DNA from: Bacteroidales bacterium
GTDB lineage: Bacteria; Bacteroidota; Bacteroidia; Bacteroidales; S143-33
Reading direction: 5' to 3'
DNA length: 40,964 nucleotides
NCBI GenBank assembly: GCA_027015275.1
Contig: JALWCU010000163.1
Location: 1 to 40,964 of the forward strand
In this document: positions 17,901-26,408 of the stretch, one piece after another
Layout of the letters: every line of letters starts with the position of its first letter
Position numbering within the stretch: position 1 is the first letter of the stretch
Notes under the pieces: model-generated
What the model saw: only the letters and a program-made list of their open reading frames with translations
The model's database searches: none
Told to the model about the DNA's origin: nothing
Program-made: the position numbers and the translations under genes

Positions 17901-18018
17901 TCGCTACTCTGTTATTTTTTATAAAAAGGGCTAAGCCTCTGGAATCTTGTCCAAAGGTTAGCCTTGAAAAGAAATAAATAAGCAAAAAAGCTATAATTAT
18001 TTTTTTTTTACCTGGCAT
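14977..18018 (-). CDS. sensor histidine kinase: signal peptide, TPR-like extracytoplasmic region, TM helix, three PAS-like domains, HisKA and HATPase_c
   Basis: ATG start. The H-box is FSIVSHDLRGPIGNL. N, G1 and G2 boxes are present (RNLITNAIKFTPRGG, VKDNGVGIP, GTGLGLQIVKEF). The TM helix is LITIILGLIVLFLILISTFAFYLF. Repeated PAS endings are visible (VITIRDVSD, FIIIRDVTQ, LLIIRDITE). Confidence 0.9.
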   Translation of the reverse strand: MPGKKKIIIAFLLIYFFSRLTFGQDSRGLALFIKNNRVATYDSLLEKYIYSSPDKALELSYTLLEKQSSSINDLGKAQIYSNLCRIYHLIHDPYNALYFGYRAMLIYKLYNQDRKYLNELNKVSCIYREENIYDNFILSFLSKAIKKYNNRYKGLIILSMANHSLLSKISNQPIIYPIDSLFNETANIKNTKLKVTIYITLGRYYLETQQFSKAIATLKKAMYITKNPHRRLRLNIYLAQFYIKQRNIAGADEVLDNLYPQIKSTKDILALSTWYYLKALIKTQQDKNNIALQYAQKGLQLAIQYNILGTQAKLYKILSEIYMSEKMPDLAFMSFNNYMQTKDSIHSLSKYYNLYTIIKKLSSLDITRENLLLKQQAEYENLKNRQQRLITIILGLIVLFLILISTFAFYLFRTSYKSEQRLKRFAKISLEAILIIVDGHIVEYNDKFIQLTGFSDNDVPSLKLSDILDPVLASKIIETKSILNFETYIKRKVGTKFKAEILSRDFKYHNRKTVKVITIRDVSDFYNTQKELIESQIKFKTLIDTSPDGVLITDTSQKITFISQAAKKILEAEHIDNIVNQDINKILNIKDKIKLLLFTKSDKPIEFIYNYNKTSTIKYLDTKLSIVKSVEGEPIFTFIIIRDVTQKVQIQEALKQSEQKFRELYNRATDGILIIDAQGTIIDANPASENIFGLNPRFLLNQNMENFLPETFASPLQFKEFINAKEKIETPIIQANGDTIYTQISVSKLRLAPEHYLLIIRDITEILQSQEKLRKYAEKLEISNNAKAKLFSIVSHDLRGPIGNLKSMFELILENPNSFNTEELTEILTELKNSSIRTYELLENLLYWSKSQLNQIEYNPQKFNLHIAVEQTINILKQVAKQKDIKLIDTIDKNSCFVKADIEMVKIILRNLITNAIKFTPRGGNITLLNFEDQDNIIVGVKDNGVGIPHDKLVKIFDNDSFFTSYGTENEKGTGLGLQIVKEFVSKNKGRLWVESKTGHGSTFYFTLKKANS

Positions 18019-18042
18019 AAAACCATTTTTCGTTTCTCAAAT

Positions 18043-19947
18043 TTAATTCTTTTTTGATTTTTTTCGCATTATTTCCTGTTGTTTTTGCATCTCTTCCAGA
18101 CGCTGTTGCCATTTACTCTTTTTGGCATTTTTGCCTTTTTTGACATTTTCTTTTAGCTGACTGAGAATTTGTTCCTCATTTATCATTGCACGTACTAAGT
18201 ATATTTGTCCGATACTTATCAAGTTGGCAAGTAAATAATAATAACTCAGGGCAGCAGAGTAATTGTTAAACCACACGAACATCAGAAGTGGCATTGACCA
18301 CATCATTATTTTCATTGATTGTGCTGTTGGGTTCTTCTCGTCAGTTGGGGCAGAGTTTAATTTTGTGGAAAAGACCATTGACAGAGCCATCAAGAGTGCA
18401 AAAAGGCTTATGTGGTTGCCTATCAATGGGATATTGGCGTGCCAAGACACGAGAGCATCGTAAGAAGACAGGTCTTTTACCCACAGGAAAGACTGTTGTC
18501 TAAGCTCTATAGAGGCAGGGAAGAAGCGGTACATTGCCACAAGGATAGGGAACTGCAAGAGTGTAGGCAAGCAACCGCCCAGAGGGCTGACTCCAGCTTT
18601 TTTGTATAAGTCCATTGTTGCCTGCTGACGTTTCATCTGGTCTTTTTCTGGTATTTTTTCTAGAACCTTTTTTAGCTCAGGTTGCAAGATACGCATCTTG
18701 GCCGAAGACAGATAAGTACGGTATGTAAGTGGGAATAGTAATAGCTTGATTATTATTGTCATTAGCAAGATGATAATGCCATAGTTATCTATAAAGCGGC
18801 CTAAAATATTGAACAGGGGAATAATGATAAACTTATTGATCCAGCGGATAAGACCCTTGCCCAATGGTATCATTTGCTCGAGCTGGAGATTGTCATCTTT
18901 TTTGAGTTTTATTTTGTGCAGTACGCTATATTTATTGGGTCCGAAGAAATATGCCATTTTTACCTGGCTCTGTTCCAGCGGTTTGAAAGGAATGTCTATC
19001 CTTGCTTGCAGAATTTTAAGGGCATTTACAGATGTATCTAAGTTAGGTTGCATTCTGAGTTTTGCCTCATCGAAATAATTGTAAGCCATCAGCACCGAAG
19101 AGAAAAATTGGTGCTTGAAACTGACCCAACGCAGTTTTGTAGGAATTTCTTTTTCCACTGCACTTTTTCGAGGGCTGAGTCGGCTAACATCGGAACGGAA
19201 AAATTTGTAGAAAATATTGGTTTGCATAATCTCCCATTTCTCTCCTTGCTCAAGTGGGGGCATATATGTTTTCCAGTATAAGTCCAAGTATGTCGTATTA
19301 GCCGGAATGATGTTTTTCATATTGTGAAAGTCCAGAGTATAATCTAATACATAGCTATTGGGCTTGAGAGAATAGATGTAATCAATCCATTGATCATCAG
19401 AATAATACAAGCGATAAATGAGTTTTTGTGCTTTGCTCTTGGCTATTAGCAATGTATCTGATGTCTGAGGAATAAAATAAAATTTACCTGTAGGGATAGG
19501 CCTCCGGTTTGCAGAAAAAGTGATGCTAAATTCGTTTAGTGGACCATTGAAGAGAATCAAAGAGTCGCCAAAGTGTGTTTTGTAACCTCTAACCTGGACT
19601 GAATATACCCGAGCTCCTTTATTAGTAAATTTAATAACCAGTTTATTGTTCTCAAGTGTAATAAACTTTTCTTTGCCTTTTGCTTGTTTAGCAAATTGCC
19701 CATAGAGATCAGAAAGTTTTGATAATTGCAGGCTGTCTTGGATGGTATCTGTTTGGACCTTCGCGGTTTGTTTTGGAATTGGGACTTGTGCTGTCTGTTG
19801 TTGCTGCTCTATGATGTGCGTAGTGTCAACAGCTGTAGTATCTTTGACAGCTTTGTAATGTTCCTTAATCTGCTTGTTTTGCCAAAACATATAGCCAAAT
19901 AACAAAAGGCCTATTAAAAGAAGTCCTAAGAATTGATTTCTGTCCAT
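18043..19947 (-). CDS. yidC: membrane protein insertase YidC
   Basis: ATG start. The N-terminus (MDRNQFLGLLLIGLLLFGYMFW), a large periplasmic domain and the C-terminal 60-kDa insertase core (LFPLTYRTYLSSAKMRILQPE...GGCLPTLLQFPILVAMY) fit YidC. Its position immediately downstream of pyrG is typical of Bacteroidota. Confidence 0.93.
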   Translation of the reverse strand: MDRNQFLGLLLIGLLLFGYMFWQNKQIKEHYKAVKDTTAVDTTHIIEQQQQTAQVPIPKQTAKVQTDTIQDSLQLSKLSDLYGQFAKQAKGKEKFITLENNKLVIKFTNKGARVYSVQVRGYKTHFGDSLILFNGPLNEFSITFSANRRPIPTGKFYFIPQTSDTLLIAKSKAQKLIYRLYYSDDQWIDYIYSLKPNSYVLDYTLDFHNMKNIIPANTTYLDLYWKTYMPPLEQGEKWEIMQTNIFYKFFRSDVSRLSPRKSAVEKEIPTKLRWVSFKHQFFSSVLMAYNYFDEAKLRMQPNLDTSVNALKILQARIDIPFKPLEQSQVKMAYFFGPNKYSVLHKIKLKKDDNLQLEQMIPLGKGLIRWINKFIIIPLFNILGRFIDNYGIIILLMTIIIKLLLFPLTYRTYLSSAKMRILQPELKKVLEKIPEKDQMKRQQATMDLYKKAGVSPLGGCLPTLLQFPILVAMYRFFPASIELRQQSFLWVKDLSSYDALVSWHANIPLIGNHISLFALLMALSMVFSTKLNSAPTDEKNPTAQSMKIMMWSMPLLMFVWFNNYSAALSYYYLLANLISIGQIYLVRAMINEEQILSQLKENVKKGKNAKKSKWQQRLEEMQKQQEIMRKKSKKN

Positions 19948-19950
19948 GTC

Positions 19951-21591
<1,641 letters not shown>

Positions 21592-21608
21592 TTATGCTTG
21601 TTCTGGTT

Positions 21609-21652
21609 AAAAAACAAAACGGCAGCCGATTGAGGTCTGAAAGCTGCCGTTT
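21609..21652 (-). terminator. intrinsic terminator after the DUF349 gene
   Basis: On the minus strand: AAACGGCAGC (21652-21643), a 16-nt loop, GCTGCCGTTT (21626-21617), then TGTTTTTT. Confidence 0.7.
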
Positions 21653-21677
21653 AGCAAAGTATTTATAATGTCATTTG

Positions 21678-23540
21678 TCAAAGTTTTTTGTATTCTTGAA
21701 TAAGCAAATTGATGTTGTCCTCAATTTTCTTAATCTTTTGTTTGAGTGTATCCAATCTGGCCCTGAATTCTTTGAGAAATTCTTCTGGTGAATCTTTGAA
21801 CATTTCGAGGTTATTTTCAAGCTTAAGTTGTTCTGTTTTTAGCTTTTGTAAAAAAGTCTTTTGTTTGTCTATTTCACGCAGAATCAGATGTTTAGCCTTA
21901 GGTGATTTGAGTAGATTTTCCAGTCTGTTTTTGAACTGCATCTGACGACGGTTCTCTGAATCGAGGTTGACCTGTGAAAATTTAGCGTCAAGAGCCTGAT
22001 GATATTCTTTGTTGATTTTGTCCTTTTCTTTATATGGTACAAATCCTATTGCAGACCATTCTTTTTCTATCTCATCCAGAAGTTTGATGTTTTCTTCTTG
22101 ATTTTCGGATAGTTCCAGGTTTTTAATTTTCTCAATAAGCTCGAGTTTCTTGTGCATGTTTTCGCGTTCTTTTTTGCGCAACTCTTTCATGAATTGACGT
22201 TTACGACGGAAGAATTCGAGACGTGCGGTGCGGAATCGCTGCCAGATTTCCTCGCTTTTTTCTTTTGCAACTGGGCCAATTTTTTTCCATTCTGAAAAAA
22301 GCTTTTCAAATTCACGGGCAGTCTTGCTCCATTCTGTGCTATCCTTAAGCTGTTCTGCTCTTTGAGCCAATTTTTCTTTTTTCTTGTAATTTTCTTCTAA
22401 TAGTTCTTGGTGATGGCGGAAAAATTCACGCTTATTTTCAAAGAATTTATCGCAAGCACTGCGGAAACGTTCGTAAATTGACTGATTATATTTCTTTGGT
22501 ACACGGCCAACTTTGCGCCATAGCTGCTGGAGCTCCAGTATTATTTTTGTTTTTTCCTGCCATTCTTTGGGGGTTGTAATTTCCAAGGTAGATATTTTCT
22601 CAGCAGCCTCACACAGGCGTGTTTTAGCCTCGAGGTTTTTCTTTTGGATTTCCTTTATTTTCTTGAAATATTCTTGATGACGTTTATTGATTTGAGAACT
22701 GATTTGACGGAATTGTTCCCATATTTCATCGCGTTTTTCCTGAGGAACAGGTCCTATCTCTTTCCATTCACTGTGTAATTCTTGAAGTTCTTTGTATGCC
22801 TTGACAGGATCGTCGTAATAAATCAAAGCCTCGGCGCGCTCGATGAGAGCGAGTTTTTGTTCAAGGTTACGCTGAAGGTCAAATTCCTTGAGCTCTTTAT
22901 TGATTCGAACCAGATCATAGAATTGTTTTCGGATGTGGTTCCAATCGTTCATCAATTCTTTATAAGCTTCTTTTGGCACACTGCCTATCTGTCTCCACTG
23001 TTTCTCTAAGTTCTTAAAATCACGGTAAACTTTGTCGAAATTGTCTGTACTTTTTATTAACTGCTTAATTTTTTCAATAATCTCTTGTTTGCTTACCAGA
23101 TTTTTCTCATGTTCTTTGCGCTGTTGCTCCTCGTATTCGTCACGTTTCTCTTTGTATGCGTCAAATGCGTCTTTGAATTTGCGGTCAACTTCTAAAATAT
23201 CCATAGGAGTCTTGAAATCCTCGGTATTTCCGCCTTCCTCAATAAATTTTTGTCTAAGGTCTTCGAGTATTTCATTGCGTTTTTTGTAATAAAGGTTGCG
23301 GATTAATTCTACCTTTTGACGGATTTCATTGATGGGCAGCTGTATTATTTCTGCGAGCTTGTCAGCGAGCTCTTCGAGACTGAGCCTGCCTAATTCCTTT
23401 TCTCCTTCATGCCCCGTGTGTCCGTTATTTTCTTCTATCTTATCAGATAGCTGTTGTAACTGTTCGGGTGTAATGTCATCATCTTCAAGCCCTTTTGAAA
23501 TAATGTCCGCTGCATTCTGATTGTTCTTTAATTCTTCCAT
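21678..23540 (-). CDS. DUF349 repeat protein
   Basis: Five copies of the DUF349 signature W..IG.VP (EKQWRQIGSVPKE, HSEWKEIGPVPQE, QQLWRKVGRVPKK, FSEWKKIGPVAKE, EKEWSAIGFVPYK) in a Lys/Glu-rich helical protein. I prefer the ATG at 23538-23540 (MEELKNNQ). The 78-codon extension in the ORF track begins at a TTG and runs through promoter-like sequence. Confidence 0.85.
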   Translation of the reverse strand: MEELKNNQNAADIISKGLEDDDITPEQLQQLSDKIEENNGHTGHEGEKELGRLSLEELADKLAEIIQLPINEIRQKVELIRNLYYKKRNEILEDLRQKFIEEGGNTEDFKTPMDILEVDRKFKDAFDAYKEKRDEYEEQQRKEHEKNLVSKQEIIEKIKQLIKSTDNFDKVYRDFKNLEKQWRQIGSVPKEAYKELMNDWNHIRKQFYDLVRINKELKEFDLQRNLEQKLALIERAEALIYYDDPVKAYKELQELHSEWKEIGPVPQEKRDEIWEQFRQISSQINKRHQEYFKKIKEIQKKNLEAKTRLCEAAEKISTLEITTPKEWQEKTKIILELQQLWRKVGRVPKKYNQSIYERFRSACDKFFENKREFFRHHQELLEENYKKKEKLAQRAEQLKDSTEWSKTAREFEKLFSEWKKIGPVAKEKSEEIWQRFRTARLEFFRRKRQFMKELRKKERENMHKKLELIEKIKNLELSENQEENIKLLDEIEKEWSAIGFVPYKEKDKINKEYHQALDAKFSQVNLDSENRRQMQFKNRLENLLKSPKAKHLILREIDKQKTFLQKLKTEQLKLENNLEMFKDSPEEFLKEFRARLDTLKQKIKKIEDNINLLIQEYKKL

Positions 23541-23774
23541 AATGTAAAAATTTTGTTTATACACCGAGTTTGTAAAATACTGAGGCTTTGCAAAAATAAA
23601 ATTTTTATGCACAAGAGAAAAAAGCTTTATTAAAAAAAATGAAAATTTTTGAGCCTGTTTTATATTTGTGATAACTTTTCGGGATAAAGAACTTTGGATG
23701 TCATACTGGTTGCCTTTGTTAGTATGGTGCGGTATTATACAAAATTCGGACAAATGAACTAATATTTTGCACAA

Positions 23775-25031
23775 ATGTTTGGACTGGTTGACAGTAATAA
23801 TTTCTTTGCTTCGTGCGAGAAAGCCTTTAATCCAAGGCTCAGGGATAAGCCTGTTGTTGTTTTGTCCAATAATGACGGTTGTATAATAGCACGTTCTACA
23901 GAGGCAAAGGCTCTGGGCATAAAGATGGGCGAACCATATTTTAAGGTGCGCAACTTATTGGAAAACAATGGAGTACATGTTTTTTCTGCAAATTATTCTC
24001 TTTATGGTGATATGTCGCGGCGTATTATGCAGATATTAATGGAGTTTGTCCCAGAGATTGAGATCTATTCAATAGATGAAGCATTTTTGCGTTTGGATAA
24101 CCTTATCATAAAGGATATGGAGAGTTTTGCCTGGGATTTGTCTGACAAAATACACAAGTGGACCAGTATACCTGTTACAATGGGCATTGGGAAAACCAAG
24201 ACCTTGTCCAAGTTGGCTACTGAGTATGCCAAGCGAGTAGTGAAAAAGAATGTATTAATCTTGCAGGACCAGTCATTAATAGAGGAGGTTTTCCGTCAGA
24301 CAGCAGTCGAAGACTTATGGGGAATAGGGCGACGGTGGGCAAGGAAGCTATATCAGTACTTTGTTTATACAGTGTGGGATTTCGTGCAGCTCTCAGATGG
24401 TTTTATTCAGAAGAATTTCAGTGTTATGGCATTGAGGCTAAAGCATGAACTTCTGGGTAAAAATGTTTTTAGCCTGAACGATTTGCCTGATGCGCGCAGG
24501 TCTATTAGACGAAGCCGTAGTTTTGGGGTTTTGCTCGATAAGTATGATGAGCTGGAGGAAGCAATCTCAAATTTTGCCGATAGCTGTGGTGTAAAGTTGC
24601 GCAGAATGGGCGAGGTAGCCAATACAATTATGGTGTATATTCGCACAGACCCACATCGCACGGACTTGCCACAGTATCGGAACAGTGTGTCCATAACATT
24701 ACCTTCAGCAACTGATAGCTCACGCATAATAATAGATGCAGCAGTAATGGGCCTGAGAACCATATTCAAGAGTGGTTACCAATATCGCAAAGCCGGAGTC
24801 TTAGCCTTGGGACTCGAGCCTGCGCGGTCGGTGCAGATGGGATTGTTTGATGCCTATAACAAAGCACAGGAGCAGTCGTTAATGGGTGCTGTGGATAAAA
24901 TAAGGGGAAAATTTGGCCGTAAGAGTTTGTTTTTTGGAACACAAATTGGTAATGGAAAATGGAAACCAAGGCAGTTCCATATTTCCCAGGAATTTACGAC
25001 AAACTGGGATGAATTGTTAAATGTTAAATAG
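23775..25031 (+). CDS. umuC: Y-family translesion DNA polymerase, UmuC-like
   Basis: ATG start. MFGLVDSNNFFASCEKAFNPRLRDKPVVVLSNNDGCIIARSTEAKALGIKMGEPYF is the classic UmuC N-terminus. SIDEAFL contains the catalytic acidic residues. At 418 aa the length matches UmuC. Confidence 0.88.
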   Translation: MFGLVDSNNFFASCEKAFNPRLRDKPVVVLSNNDGCIIARSTEAKALGIKMGEPYFKVRNLLENNGVHVFSANYSLYGDMSRRIMQILMEFVPEIEIYSIDEAFLRLDNLIIKDMESFAWDLSDKIHKWTSIPVTMGIGKTKTLSKLATEYAKRVVKKNVLILQDQSLIEEVFRQTAVEDLWGIGRRWARKLYQYFVYTVWDFVQLSDGFIQKNFSVMALRLKHELLGKNVFSLNDLPDARRSIRRSRSFGVLLDKYDELEEAISNFADSCGVKLRRMGEVANTIMVYIRTDPHRTDLPQYRNSVSITLPSATDSSRIIIDAAVMGLRTIFKSGYQYRKAGVLALGLEPARSVQMGLFDAYNKAQEQSLMGAVDKIRGKFGRKSLFFGTQIGNGKWKPRQFHISQEFTTNWDELLNVK

Positions 25032-25034
25032 GTC

Positions 25035-25640
25035 ATGAACGGGACAAAAGTTAATACAATTATTCTCTCAGCCGGACTGTCTTCGCGTATGGCACAGCCA
25101 AAGGCTCTTCTGACATTTGGGCGCACAACTTTTATTGAGAATATATATTCTGAATTTGCGCCAGAAAGCCACAGAGTAGTGGTAGTTGTATCTCCTAAGT
25201 TGTATATCACGATGCGAGAGAAAGATATTAAGCTTGATGCGGATTTTGTTTTTAACCATAGGCCGCAATATGGACGTTTTTATTCGGTATATCTGGGTGT
25301 CAGGGAGCTCGGTCCGAGTAGTATTTTTATACAGAATGTTGATATACCAGGGGTTAGTAGTTCTACATTGAGAGTGATGAAAGAAGCATTAGAGCCTCGA
25401 GCTTATGTGGTACCTATTTATAAGGGCAGGCGAGGGCATCCTGTTTTGATAAGCAAAGAAATAGCCGATGAGATACTCAGAATTGACAGAGATTATGAAC
25501 GGGTTAATCTTCGGAGTTTTCTGAATCAATTTACTGAGAAACAAGTAAATGTAGATGATGAATTTGTTACCTTGAACGTGAATACGCCTTCAGATCTGGA
25601 CGTTTTATATAATAGGGTTAGTAAGATTAAATTTTCTTGA
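25035..25640 (+). CDS. MobA/MocA-like nucleotidyltransferase (NTP_transf_3 family)
   Basis: The ATG lies 3 nt after the umuC stop. The N-terminal motif ILSAGLSSRMAQPKALL matches LAGGxSxRMGxxKxLL. A VDIPGV acidic-Pro motif is present, and the ~200 aa length fits. Confidence 0.75.
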   Translation: MNGTKVNTIILSAGLSSRMAQPKALLTFGRTTFIENIYSEFAPESHRVVVVVSPKLYITMREKDIKLDADFVFNHRPQYGRFYSVYLGVRELGPSSIFIQNVDIPGVSSSTLRVMKEALEPRAYVVPIYKGRRGHPVLISKEIADEILRIDRDYERVNLRSFLNQFTEKQVNVDDEFVTLNVNTPSDLDVLYNRVSKIKFS

Positions 25641-25715
25641 AATAGTTCGTCAAATAAATGTTGACAAGTGAATAATAATTTACTATATTTCCGTTAAACA
25701 TAAAACTGTAGGATT

Positions 25716-26144
25716 ATGAAAAAATTAGCGTTCTTTTTAGCTTTAATTTTAGGTTTTAGTTTCACCACAATGGCACAAGTAGATGAAGAAGAAGGCCAGT
25801 TCTTTGGTGGACAGCGTTCTGTAGGTACCGAAGCATATGCACAATATGATTTTGGTACAGTTACGACTGGAGTTGTAACGCATGAATTTATTATTCGCAA
25901 TGTTACGCCTAATCCTATGATTATTGATAGGATAGACATCCCGAATGGTGTTTCGGTTACTGTTGTTAACAAGGAGATCAAGCCACATGAAGTAGGTAAG
26001 ATCATTGTAACTATCGACAAAAAGTATTTTACACAAACAGGTAAGTTTCAGTTGCCGATAGTTGTGCGCACTAAGCAGAAAATTGGTCAGGGACTGTCTA
26101 TTTACAAGGATGCTGTTTATATGGTCAAGGGGCAGATTCAGTAA
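25716..26144 (+). CDS. DUF1573-like secreted protein
   Basis: Signal peptide (MKKLAFFLALILGFSFTTMAQ). YDFGTVTTGVVTHEFIIRNVTPNPMIIDRIDIPNGVSV fits the DUF1573 core pattern but lacks the usual CGC motif. Confidence 0.7.
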   Translation: MKKLAFFLALILGFSFTTMAQVDEEEGQFFGGQRSVGTEAYAQYDFGTVTTGVVTHEFIIRNVTPNPMIIDRIDIPNGVSVTVVNKEIKPHEVGKIIVTIDKKYFTQTGKFQLPIVVRTKQKIGQGLSIYKDAVYMVKGQIQ

Positions 26145-26167
26145 GGTCTTCTTTTCCTGATCTTTTT

Positions 26168-26209
26168 AACGGCGGGGATACTGATAGTGTCCCTGCCGTT
26201 TTTGTTTTT
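26168..26209 (+). terminator. intrinsic terminator after the DUF1573 gene
   Basis: AACGGCGGGGA (26168-26178) / TCCCTGCCGTT (26190-26200) with one G-U pair, followed by TTTGTTTTT. Confidence 0.65.
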
Positions 26210-26230
26210 GTTTGTGATTGTTAATATGTT

Positions 26231-26265
26231 CCCATTGTGGGTGTGCGGAGGCACTCCACAATGGG
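26231..26265. other. strong isolated stem-loop of unknown role
   Basis: Perfect 10-bp stem CCCATTGTGG (26231-26240) / CCACAATGGG (26256-26265). An inner GTGC/GCAC extension closes on a GGAG loop. TTTTT follows 5 nt later, at 26271-26275. Confidence 0.5.
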
Positions 26266-26408
26266 TAAAGTTTTTATATTAAAATTGGTATAAAGACACA
26301 GAAGTGTGTTAGATATTTTAAAGGGGAGTTTATTAGGTAGGAGATGAAAAAAGTTTAAGTTATATCAAAATTTACTATTTTAGCAAAGGTAAAAATATAT
26401 GTGATGTA

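Noticed and set aside
23541-23774. 78-codon N-terminal extension of the DUF349 ORF, and the 69-aa ORF at 23759-23968.
   Set aside because: The extension starts at a TTG and has a non-protein-like composition. It would abut the umuC start codon (23775) and absorb the entire divergent intergenic region. The ATG at 23538-23540 precedes the typical acidic DUF349 N-terminus.
25716-25745. Identical MKKLAFFL N-termini on the DUF1573 protein and the TonB-dependent receptor (31355-31378).
   Set aside because: These are only generic signal-peptide residues. The nucleotide sequences differ and nothing suggests a repeat or recombination.
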